From an uncultured Gemmatimonadales bacterium (lineage in GTDB: Bacteria > Gemmatimonadota > Gemmatimonadetes > Gemmatimonadales > GWC2-71-9), in contig CAWCVB010000005.1 of NCBI GenBank assembly GCA_963798915.1, positions 345,291 to 409,290 on the forward strand: 64,000 nucleotides of DNA, written 5' to 3'. Below, one piece after another: positions 1 to 7,942 of the stretch; position 1 is the first letter of the stretch; every line of letters begins with the position of its first letter. The position numbers and the translations under genes are program-made. The notes under the pieces were generated by a model. It was not told the origin of the DNA and did no database searches. It saw only the letters and a program-made list of their open reading frames with translations.

Positions 1-415
1 CCATCGGTGCCCATGCTGACTGGGCCTGAAACAGAAGGTCGTGCAGGGTCCAGAACTTGCCTTGCCGGGCGGCGCACAGGCCCAGTTCGGCCGCGGGCAG
101 CGCGTTGGGATGAATCTCGGTGATCGGGAAGTTGATGAAGATGTAGCGTACCTTGCCGGTGGCGATGTACTCGCGCTCCAGCACCGGCAGTGTTTCCACG
201 GCATGACGGCGGCAAAAGGGGCACTGGAAGTCCGACATCTCATAGACGGTGACGGGTGCGTCACTCCGGCCCATCACCCGAGCCTCACGCGGGTCCCCGG
301 TGTCGGCGGCCATGGGCCCCGGCGTCGAGACGTTCGGCGGCGGCTCCTGCCTCGGCGGCGATCCGGAGCATGCCGGGGCCAGGAGCGCGGCCAGAATCAG
401 CGAACGGATCAGCAT
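1..415 (-). CDS. DsbA-family thioredoxin-fold lipoprotein (3' end runs off the window)
   Basis: Not in the ORF track; translated manually: MLIRSLILAALLAPAC...GRSDAPVTVYEMSDFQCPFC...GKVRYIFINFP...HPNALPAAE...QGKFW. It has the DF-CPFC active site and a lipobox-like LAPAC. Confidence 0.88.
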   Translation of the reverse strand, partial: MLIRSLILAALLAPACSGSPPRQEPPPNVSTPGPMAADTGDPREARVMGRSDAPVTVYEMSDFQCPFCRRHAVETLPVLEREYIATGKVRYIFINFPITEIHPNALPAAELGLCAARQGKFWTLHDLLFQAQSAWAPM

Positions 416-417
416 CG

Positions 418-1104
418 TCAGCGCGAGCGGCGGCGGCCGCTCTCCGGATCGAGCATCACTGTGTCGCCCGTGACCTTCACGTTCCAGTACCAGGTCCGGT
501 TCGGGTCAAGCGGATCCCATGAACTGGCGCTGACCCACCATCCGCCCGGCAGCGATGGCAGCGTCAGGACTGCCTCTCCTGCGCTATTGGTGGTATCGCT
601 GATCGGCTTGCCACCAGTCTGGCGCATGAGTTCCTTCGCTCGACCGTCATATCCCGCATAGGTGCTATCTTCCCAGCGAGCCACCGCACCCCGCAGTGAG
701 TCAATGCGGTCGCCCACCGCCGTCCGGGCCTTACTGAGCGCCTGTCTGGCCTCGGCCAGTCTGGTGTCGGCGGCCAGCAGCGCCGAGGCTGGCAAGCTGC
801 CCGCGCTGACTGAGTCGCTGATGGCTGAGCGCGCCTGGTTTGCCGTGAAATAGGCCAGGAAGGGCCCCTTGAAGGCATTGTAGAGGGAGTCGAGCTGGTC
901 GGTGAACGGGCGGCCGCCTCCATGCTCGCGCTCCATGGCAGTCGTGAGACTGTCCCGGTCGAATGGAAGCGCGGTTACGGTTACGCCGCTGGCTGGTGTC
1001 AGCCGCTCGGCCAGGTCAGGAATGGCCACGCGGACGACGACCTTCCGAGGGCCGTGGCAGGCGGCCAGCGACAACGCAAGAAGGAGGACTGTTGGGCGGA
1101 GCAC
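418..1104 (-). CDS. Hypothetical lipoprotein
   Basis: Signal peptide with LAAC lipobox; beta-strand segments flank a helical insert; stops 2 nt before the DsbA-like start. Confidence 0.75.
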   Translation of the reverse strand: MLRPTVLLLALSLAACHGPRKVVVRVAIPDLAERLTPASGVTVTALPFDRDSLTTAMEREHGGGRPFTDQLDSLYNAFKGPFLAYFTANQARSAISDSVSAGSLPASALLAADTRLAEARQALSKARTAVGDRIDSLRGAVARWEDSTYAGYDGRAKELMRQTGGKPISDTTNSAGEAVLTLPSLPGGWWVSASSWDPLDPNRTWYWNVKVTGDTVMLDPESGRRRSR

Positions 1105-1106
1105 GA

Positions 1107-1925
1107 ATGAAAGCTATCGCGGCGCTGGTGCCGCTACAACTTCTGGCCGCCGGGCTGCAGGCGCAGGCGGGCCTCCAGCAATACGTTCCAGACCGCCCGA
1201 CCGGCTTCGTGAGTGACTTTGCCGGTGTCGTCGATGCCGCATCCAGCGCGCGCATGACCGATCTCATCCAGCGGCTTCGGGGCACCACCAAGTCGGAAAT
1301 TGCGGTCGTCACCCTCCCGACCATCGGCGATCGTGATGGCGCCGAGGTGGCGCTTGCCATCGGCCGAAAGTGGGGCGTCGGATTCGAGGGCGGGGTCGGG
1401 GACTCCACCCGCAATCGCGGCATCGTTGTCCTGCTGGTCCCGCGCCAGGATGGTCGAGCTGGTTCGGGACATATTCGTATCGAAGTCGGATACGGTCTCG
1501 AAGGTATCGTGACCGATGCCTTGGCGGGCAGGATCCGCGATGACGTCATGGGCCCGCTGCTCGCGAGGGAGCAGTACGGGCGGGGCCTGCTGGCTGGGGT
1601 CGAAGCCTTGGCATCGCTGATCGCGCGCGCCAATGGCGTGACTGACTCCACGCTGACGGCATGGAACCCGGACGCAGTGCGCGGTGGTGGCAGCGGTGGT
1701 TCGCCCATCCGGTATCTGCCTCTCCTGCTGTTCCTCCTCTTTGGGTTTGTGCTCCCACTCCTTTCCCGGCGGGGGCGCCGCCGGCGGGGGATATATTGGG
1801 GAGGGCCCTGGATTGGTGGCGGATTCGGGGGCGGAGGTGGCTGGGGCGGTGGGGGAGGCGGTGGTTTCGGCGGATTTGGCGGAGGCGGCGGATTTGGTGG
1901 CGGCGGAGCTGGAGGGCGGTTCTGA
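1107..1925 (+). CDS. TPM-domain (YgcG-like) membrane protein with Gly-rich tail
   Basis: FVSDFAGVVD, EIAVVTLPTI, WGVG, RIEVGYGLEG motifs, one TM helix, GGGGFGGGGAGGRF tail; GGAG SD 5 nt upstream of ATG 1107. Confidence 0.92.
   Translation: MKAIAALVPLQLLAAGLQAQAGLQQYVPDRPTGFVSDFAGVVDAASSARMTDLIQRLRGTTKSEIAVVTLPTIGDRDGAEVALAIGRKWGVGFEGGVGDSTRNRGIVVLLVPRQDGRAGSGHIRIEVGYGLEGIVTDALAGRIRDDVMGPLLAREQYGRGLLAGVEALASLIARANGVTDSTLTAWNPDAVRGGGSGGSPIRYLPLLLFLLFGFVLPLLSRRGRRRRGIYWGGPWIGGGFGGGGGWGGGGGGGFGGFGGGGGFGGGGAGGRF
1111..1139 (-). promoter_or_regulatory. Putative sigma70 promoter giving a leaderless mRNA for the 418-1104 gene
   Basis: Minus strand TTGTAG (1139-1134), 17 nt, TAGCTT (1116-1111), then 6 nt to the GTG at 1104. 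Confidence 0.45.
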
Positions 1926-2650
1926 TGCATCAGGCAGTGCAATCGACGGTGAACGACTTTCTTGCGTCTGCGGACGCCACGCTGCCAAAGGGCTATAGTG
2001 CGGTGCTCTATGGCTCGGCCGCCCGGGGTGACTATGTCGCCGGCCGGAGTGACGTCAATCTCCTGGTGGTGGCGGACAGCGCCGATTTTCCGGTCCTGCG
2101 GGCACTTGGATCGGCGCTGCGTACGTGGAGCAAGGCGTCACGCGAGCCGCCCCTCCTGTTCACCCGGTCTGAATGGGCAGACTCGACCGACGCGTTTCCG
2201 ATAGAGATTACCGACATGCGGTCCCACTACGAGGTTGTTCGGGGTAGTGATCCGGTGGCGCCCATGCAGGTGAGCCGGGCCGAGCTTCGACAGGCGCTCG
2301 AGAGCGAGCTTCGCGGCAAGCTGATGCGGCTGCGACAGGCGTACGCCACCTTCGGCAACGACGCCGGCAAACTGACTCCCGTCGCCCGGAGCTCAGTCTC
2401 ATCCATCCTGGTCCTGTTGCGGGCGCTGGTCGGCTTGGAACGTGGCGAGGGTGCCGCGTCTGACGATTCCGAGCGGCTGGTTGGGGAGGCAGCCCGGATC
2501 TCCGAATTTGCCCCCGATGCGCTGCTGGCACTGGTTCGTCATCGTGACCAGAAGTCATGGAGCTGCGGCGCCGACCTGTTCGAAGGCTATGTGACGTCCG
2601 TGGCGCGCGCCGCGCACCACGTCGATCAACTTCAGACCGGAGATTCGTGA
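1925..2650 (+). CDS. Nucleotidyltransferase-domain protein (Pol-beta/MNT-like, helical C-terminus)
   Basis: LYGSAARGDY...SDVNLLVV motif; start overlaps the TPM stop (TGATG). Confidence 0.82.
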   Translation: MHQAVQSTVNDFLASADATLPKGYSAVLYGSAARGDYVAGRSDVNLLVVADSADFPVLRALGSALRTWSKASREPPLLFTRSEWADSTDAFPIEITDMRSHYEVVRGSDPVAPMQVSRAELRQALESELRGKLMRLRQAYATFGNDAGKLTPVARSSVSSILVLLRALVGLERGEGAASDDSERLVGEAARISEFAPDALLALVRHRDQKSWSCGADLFEGYVTSVARAAHHVDQLQTGDS

Positions 2651-3214
2651 ATGAAGCGCGTCAGGCTCTCCTCCGCCCTGCTGGCCGTGGCGCTGGCCAC
2701 GTCGGGCTGCGGATACAACACGATTCAGACGAAGGATGAGCAGGTCAACAAGGCTCAGGGCAACATCCAGACCCAGTTGCAGCGCCGGGCCGACCTGATT
2801 CCGAACCTGGTGGAAACGGTGAAGGGCGTGACCAAGCAGGAGGATACCGTATTCATCTCGATCGCCAATGCGCGGGCTCGCCTGAATGGCGCCGTCCAGA
2901 GTGGCAATGTGCCCGCAATGGCCCAGGCGAACGCGGCGCTGTCGAGCGGACTGGGCCGTCTCCTCGCCATCGCCGAGAATTATCCCGACCTGAAGTCGAG
3001 CCAGAATTTCCGCGACCTGCAATCGCAGCTGGAAGGGACCGAGAACCGGGTGGCCGTGGCGAGGACGGACTACAATGATGCGGTCAACCAGTACAACTCA
3101 TTCATCCGGCGGTTTCCCTATAACCTGACCGCCAAGATCTTCGGCATGAGCAAGCCGAGGGACTACTTCGAGGCGGAACCGGGTGCGACCGAGACGCCGA
3201 AGGTGAAGTTCTAG
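2651..3214 (+). CDS. lemA: LemA family protein (lipoprotein type)
   Basis: SGCGYN, QLQRRADLIPNLVETVKG, ENYPDLKSSQNF, LEGTENRVAVAR.DYN motifs. Confidence 0.96.
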   Translation: MKRVRLSSALLAVALATSGCGYNTIQTKDEQVNKAQGNIQTQLQRRADLIPNLVETVKGVTKQEDTVFISIANARARLNGAVQSGNVPAMAQANAALSSGLGRLLAIAENYPDLKSSQNFRDLQSQLEGTENRVAVARTDYNDAVNQYNSFIRRFPYNLTAKIFGMSKPRDYFEAEPGATETPKVKF

Positions 3215-3230
3215 ACGACGGAAGGAACGG

Positions 3231-3332
3231 AGGCGGGAAGGCGGGAAGGCGGGACGCCAAAAGGGGCAGCTTCGCGATAACGCGGCGCTGCCCCTTGCCT
3301 CACTCCACTTCCCGTCTTTCCGTCTTCCCGTC
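3231..3332. terminator. Bidirectional terminator-like hairpin flanked by complementary octamer repeats
   Basis: Core stem AAGGGGCAGC (3261-3270)/GCTGCCCCTT (3287-3296); left arm (AGGCGGGA)x3, right arm CTTCCCGT-CTTTCCGT-CTTCCCGT; lies between convergent lemA and M23 genes. Confidence 0.7.
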
Positions 3333-4258
3333 TAATCAGTAACCACATCCGGCAGCACGTACCGCAGCGGGTTCACCGGACGCCCATTGACGTGCACTTC
3401 GTAGTGAAGATGTGGGCCAGTGGCGAGGCCGGTGCTGCCGACCAGCGCAATCCGCTCGCCCCGCTTGACGCGCTGGCCCTTCCGGACCAGTGCCTTGGAG
3501 GTGTGGGCAAACTTGGTCACGATGCCGTACCCGTGGTCCAGCTCGACGACGTTGCCGTAGCCTGATTCCCACCCCACTTCGATGACCCGGCCAGCCGCGG
3601 GTGCTTCAATCGGCGTTCCGGTCGGCGCTGAGACATCGATGCCTTCATGCGGCCTGGCGTAGCCGAGAATCGGGTGCAGCCGGGCCGACGTGAAGTTGCT
3701 GGTGAGCCAGCCCTGCGTGGGCAGGATCGAAGGCATGGCCTCCACCCGGTCCTTGTGGGAGGCAAGGCTGTCGGCGGCTTCGTTGAAGGACGTGGCCAGC
3801 AGGTTGGCGCGGCGGATCATCGCGCTGAGGTCCACCTTGATTTCATCGGCACGACGAACCAGCACGCTCTTGGGCTGGCTGTCAGCGCGCTTGGGCTCGG
3901 CCGGACCACCGATGCCGGCCTCCCGCACCTCAGGTGCGATCGGGTCGAGGTTGGCGAGCACGCGGATCTGTTCATCGCGCTCGGAGAGCGCGGCCACGGT
4001 ATCGGTCAGGTGATGCAGCCGGCCATGCAGGTCGCCCAGCTCGGCGGCGAGGGCGCGGTTCTCTTTTTCCAGCTGGTCGGCGCGGGAGAGGTCGATCGAA
4101 TGGGAAAGATTGGCGTAGCCGAACAGCAGCGAGGCAGCGACCAGCACGACGGCAAGGCCGGCGCCCAGCTTGAGCAACGAGTAGGACACTTCGATGATCC
4201 GGGACGGTTCCGAATCATGGGGAACCAGCACGAGAGTCCAGCGGCGCTTCTTGGCCAT
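3332..4258 (-). CDS. M23 family metallopeptidase (TM, coiled coil, M23 domain)
   Basis: HEGID, YGN, FAH, STGLATGPHLHYEV motifs; start MAKKRRW at ATG 4258. Confidence 0.93.
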   Translation of the reverse strand: MAKKRRWTLVLVPHDSEPSRIIEVSYSLLKLGAGLAVVLVAASLLFGYANLSHSIDLSRADQLEKENRALAAELGDLHGRLHHLTDTVAALSERDEQIRVLANLDPIAPEVREAGIGGPAEPKRADSQPKSVLVRRADEIKVDLSAMIRRANLLATSFNEAADSLASHKDRVEAMPSILPTQGWLTSNFTSARLHPILGYARPHEGIDVSAPTGTPIEAPAAGRVIEVGWESGYGNVVELDHGYGIVTKFAHTSKALVRKGQRVKRGERIALVGSTGLATGPHLHYEVHVNGRPVNPLRYVLPDVVTD

Positions 4259-4344
4259 CCACAGCTCGCATCTCTGGGATTGAATCCACCCCTGCCTGAC
4301 CAGTCGACCGGGGAGAATCTGAACGGCCGGCAAAGCCCGGCAGG

Positions 4345-4373
4345 AAGATGAACCGTGTTCAGCCAGATGTCAA
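4345..4373 (-). promoter_or_regulatory. Putative sigma70 promoter of the M23 gene
   Basis: Minus strand TTGACA (4373-4368), 17 nt, CATCTT (4350-4345). Confidence 0.55.
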
Positions 4374-4461
4374 GAACTGCGCCCAAATAGCAAGTGACTG
4401 TCTGGCAATGACTTATGCTCGCCAGATCGGCTCGCGTGCAAGATCGTGCTCTGGCAGTCTG

Positions 4462-5982
4462 CTAGGATGGGGGATTCTTCGGAAACAGCACCGCAGGACG
4501 GGTCGTCTGCTGTCCCTGCACCGAGAGTTTCCCCAGCTCGTTCAGGCGGACCTTGGTAAGCGGCTCGCTGAAGCCCAGGGCCTGCCAGAGCACCTCGGTC
4601 GTCGCAGGCAGGAACGGACTGGCGAGTACCGCGAGCCGGGCGAGACAGGACGCGAGCGCGCTCAGGATCCGGTCAAGCGTTGCGTCATCGCCGGCCTTGG
4701 CCACGGCCCAGGGCGCCGACGTCTGGATGAACCCGTTGGCGGCTGCCACCAGTTCCCAGACGCCATCGGCGGCGCCGCGCAGGTCCAGCGCGTCCATCCG
4801 CTGGCGATAGCGGGACACCGCCTCGAGCCCGGACGCCTCCAGCGCGTCGGACGGTATCGCCGCTGGCACCTGGCCGTTGCGGTACTTCTCGAGCATGGCG
4901 AGCGAGCGGGCGGTCAGATTGCCGAGGCCGTCCGCCAGATCGGCGGTGTAGCGTTCCTCGAAGCGTTCCCATGTGAAATTGCCATCCGCATCCCAGGGAA
5001 TTTCCCGCAAGAGGTAATACCGGAAGGCATCCGGGCCGAAGCGGGTGATGGCATCGTCGAGATCCAGCGTCGTGCCGGCACTCTTGCTGAACCGCTCGCC
5101 CCGGAAGTACACGAAGCCATGGGCCCAGATCCGCCGTGGCCGCTCGAGTCCGGCGGCCTTCAGCATGGCCGGCCAGATGACCGCGTGGAAGCGGGTGATA
5201 TCCTTTCCGATGACATGCAACTGGGCCGGCCATTCGGCACCCGATCCCGCCGCTCGGGTGGCGGTCCAGTAGTTCGGGAGGGCATCAAACCACACGTACG
5301 TGGTCTGTTGCTCGCCGTCGCTCGTCGGGCGGGGAAAGGGCACACCCCACGTGAACCGGGCGCGGCTGGCGCTGATGTCCTCGACGCCCTGGCGCAGGAA
5401 ACTCAGGACTTCATTCCGGCGCGACTCCGGCTGGAGGAACTCCGGATCGTTCTGATGCAGCTCGAGCAGGTAGTCGGCATAGCGCGACAGCCGAAAGAAC
5501 CAGTTCCGCTCCTCCACCCACTCGAGTGTCCGTGTCGGATGGAGCGCACACCGGCCATTCTCGATCTCGGCGTCCTGCTTGAATGACTCGCAGCCAACAC
5601 AATACCAGCCGGCATAGGACTTTTCGTAAAAATCATCCGGATTGCGTTCGAAGATTCGCTCGATCAGCTCCTGCACCCCGGCCTTGTGCGCTGCGGCAGT
5701 AGTGCGGATGAATTGGTCGTGGGAGATGGCCAGTCGCGTCCACATGGCTTCGAAGCGAGCGGCGACCTGACCGGTGAGGTCCTCCGGCGTCAGGCCGCGT
5801 TCCGCTGCGCTCTGCGCGACTTTCTGGCCATGCTCGTCCATGCCGATCAGGAACCAGACCTCATCGCCCGCGAGCCGATGATACCGCGCGATGGCGTCGG
5901 CGCCGAGCTTCTCATAGGCGTGGCCCAGATGCGGGTCGCCATTGGCATAGTCAATCGCCGTTGTGAGGTAGAACCGGCTCAC
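4462..5982 (-). CDS. metG: Methionine--tRNA ligase (short form, no C-terminal tRNA-binding domain)
   Basis: YLTTAIDYANG.PHLGH, GMDEHGQK, CVGC...CALH knuckle, YVWFDAL.NY, GKDITRFH, RFSKS. Confidence 0.96.
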   Translation of the reverse strand: MSRFYLTTAIDYANGDPHLGHAYEKLGADAIARYHRLAGDEVWFLIGMDEHGQKVAQSAAERGLTPEDLTGQVAARFEAMWTRLAISHDQFIRTTAAAHKAGVQELIERIFERNPDDFYEKSYAGWYCVGCESFKQDAEIENGRCALHPTRTLEWVEERNWFFRLSRYADYLLELHQNDPEFLQPESRRNEVLSFLRQGVEDISASRARFTWGVPFPRPTSDGEQQTTYVWFDALPNYWTATRAAGSGAEWPAQLHVIGKDITRFHAVIWPAMLKAAGLERPRRIWAHGFVYFRGERFSKSAGTTLDLDDAITRFGPDAFRYYLLREIPWDADGNFTWERFEERYTADLADGLGNLTARSLAMLEKYRNGQVPAAIPSDALEASGLEAVSRYRQRMDALDLRGAADGVWELVAAANGFIQTSAPWAVAKAGDDATLDRILSALASCLARLAVLASPFLPATTEVLWQALGFSEPLTKVRLNELGKLSVQGQQTTRPAVLFPKNPPS

Positions 5983-6974
5983 GGCTCGTCCAGGCGGCGA
6001 TCGCGCCGCCGGCGGCGCTTCCGGCGGCGTTCCGGGTCGTCGGCAACGGGAGCCGGCGTCGGGCCCGGCACGGCGACGTCGGTGGGTGCCGCTCCCGCCC
6101 GGACGGGCGCCGCCGCTTCAGCAGCTTCCTGCTCTTCCCTGAGCTGAACCAGTGGAATGATGCGGGACTCGTTGTTCTCACCGCGGAGATAGACGCGCTC
6201 CCGGAAGATGTCCACCGCCACGACCTTTTCGGCGCCCTGCGCGGTGCGGAGAATCTTTCCCTCGCGCGGGAACCGTTTGCGACTGGAGACGTAGAACTCG
6301 TGCTCGTACTTCAGGCAGCAGAGCAGCCGTCCGCATCCGCCTGAGATCTGAGATGGATTGAGGGAGAGATGCTGGTCCTTGGCCAGTCCCAGGTTGACCG
6401 GCGTCAGTTCCTTGAGCCAGCTGGAGCAGCAATATTCCCGGCCGCAGCGGCCAACCCCGCTCAACCGGGCGGCCTCGTCCCGGACCCCGATCTGCCGCAG
6501 TTCGATTCGCGTGCGGAAGAGACTGGCCAGGTCGCGCACCAGCGACCGGAAGTCCACGCGCTTCTCGGCCGTGAAGAAGATGGTGAGCTTGGCGCGATCC
6601 CACTGCCACTCGCAGTCGCTCACTTTCATGATCAGCTCGTGGGCCCGGACCCGTTCCATCACCTTCCGGCGCACGTCCTCCTCCGACGCCCGGACCTCCC
6701 GGTGGACCTGCCGGTCTTCGGGGCTGGCCTTGCGCACCACGTCGCGCATGGTGGCACCCTGATCGCCGGCGATCGCCTCGCCCACGGCGCAGCCGGTGCA
6801 ACTGCCGGCGCATTTCTTCTCCGCGACCTCACCTACCGCGGTCACATGTCCATAGTCCCGCCCGCGCTCGGCATCCACCACGACCGCATCACCATCACGG
6901 AGCTGAACCGGAGAACGGAAGAACGCCTTGCGCGTGCCCTTGAAGCGGACTTCGACCGTGAGTGGCGTATCCAT
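5979..6974 (-). CDS. ricT: PSP1-domain / RicT(YaaT)-like Fe-S protein
   Basis: FFTAEKRVDFRSLV, RIELRQIGVRDEA, GRCGREYCC, AKDQ.LSLNPSQISGGCGRLLCCLKYE. Confidence 0.9.
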   Translation of the reverse strand: MDTPLTVEVRFKGTRKAFFRSPVQLRDGDAVVVDAERGRDYGHVTAVGEVAEKKCAGSCTGCAVGEAIAGDQGATMRDVVRKASPEDRQVHREVRASEEDVRRKVMERVRAHELIMKVSDCEWQWDRAKLTIFFTAEKRVDFRSLVRDLASLFRTRIELRQIGVRDEAARLSGVGRCGREYCCSSWLKELTPVNLGLAKDQHLSLNPSQISGGCGRLLCCLKYEHEFYVSSRKRFPREGKILRTAQGAEKVVAVDIFRERVYLRGENNESRIIPLVQLREEQEAAEAAAPVRAGAAPTDVAVPGPTPAPVADDPERRRKRRRRRDRRLDEP

Positions 6975-7939
6975 CAGTGCTCAGTGTACGCGCCGATGGC
7001 CGCGTACTTCTCGGCTCGGCGGCGGACCAGACGCTCGGGCCTGGTCTTTCGGAGATCGGCCAGCTGCCGGATCAGCGCAGCGCGGAGCGCTTCGCCTGCG
7101 GCATCGGGATCAAGGTGGGCGGCTCCCAGTGGTTCGGGAATGATCTCATCCGCGATCTTGAGGCGCAGCAGATCCTCCGCGGTGAGCTTGAGCGCTTCGG
7201 CGGCACGGGCGCGCTGTGAGGCGTCCTTCCAGAGGATCGCGGCGCACCCCTCGGGCGAGATCACCGAGTACACCGAATTTTCCAGCATGAGAATGCGATC
7301 GGCGACCCCCAGGGCCAGCGCGCCGCCTGAGCCACCTTCACCGATGACCACCGCGATGCACGGCACCGGCAGGGCGCTCATCTCCAGGATATTGCGCGCC
7401 AGCGCCTCGCTCTGGCCACGCTCCTCGGCACCAAGACCCGGGAATGCTCCGGGCGTGTCGATGAGGGTGATCACCGGTACGCCGAACTTGGCGGCCAGTT
7501 GCATCAGGCGGAGCGCCTTCCGGTAGCCTTCGGGATGCGGCATGCCAAAATTGCGCTTGAGGTTCTCGCGAGTATCGCGTCCCTTCTGGTGTCCGATGAC
7601 CATGACCGTATCGCCATCCAGGCGGGCCCAGCCACCGACGATGGCGGGATCATCCATGAACAGTCGGTCACCGTGCAGTTCAATGAAGTCGGTAAAGATC
7701 GTGCTCAGATAGTCGAGCGTGTACGGCCGGCGGGGATGGCGCGCGACCTGCACCCGCTGGATCGGGGTCAGGGCCGCGTAGATGCCACTGCGGGCGGTCT
7801 CGAGCTTCCGCTCCAGGCCGAGCAGCTCGTCATCGACATCGATCTCCCGCTCCGTATCGATGCGCCTGAGCTCGTCGATCTGCCGTTCCAGTTCCTGCAG
7901 CGGCTTCTCGAAGTCCAGCGTGTAGAGTGACGGTGCCAT
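6974..7939 (-). CDS. accA: Acetyl-CoA carboxylase carboxyltransferase subunit alpha
   Basis: [55 protein letters not shown]. Confidence 0.97.
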   Translation of the reverse strand: MAPSLYTLDFEKPLQELERQIDELRRIDTEREIDVDDELLGLERKLETARSGIYAALTPIQRVQVARHPRRPYTLDYLSTIFTDFIELHGDRLFMDDPAIVGGWARLDGDTVMVIGHQKGRDTRENLKRNFGMPHPEGYRKALRLMQLAAKFGVPVITLIDTPGAFPGLGAEERGQSEALARNILEMSALPVPCIAVVIGEGGSGGALALGVADRILMLENSVYSVISPEGCAAILWKDASQRARAAEALKLTAEDLLRLKIADEIIPEPLGAAHLDPDAAGEALRAALIRQLADLRKTRPERLVRRRAEKYAAIGAYTEH

Positions 7940-7942
7940 GCG

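Noticed and set aside
1016..1942. Proline-rich ORF (PPPPNPPPPP)
   Set aside because: It is the reverse complement of the Gly-rich TPM tail.
1925..2650. MNT-HEPN toxin-antitoxin or CBASS-type defence nucleotidyltransferase
   Set aside because: No adjacent HEPN toxin or effector; the context is lemA/TPM.
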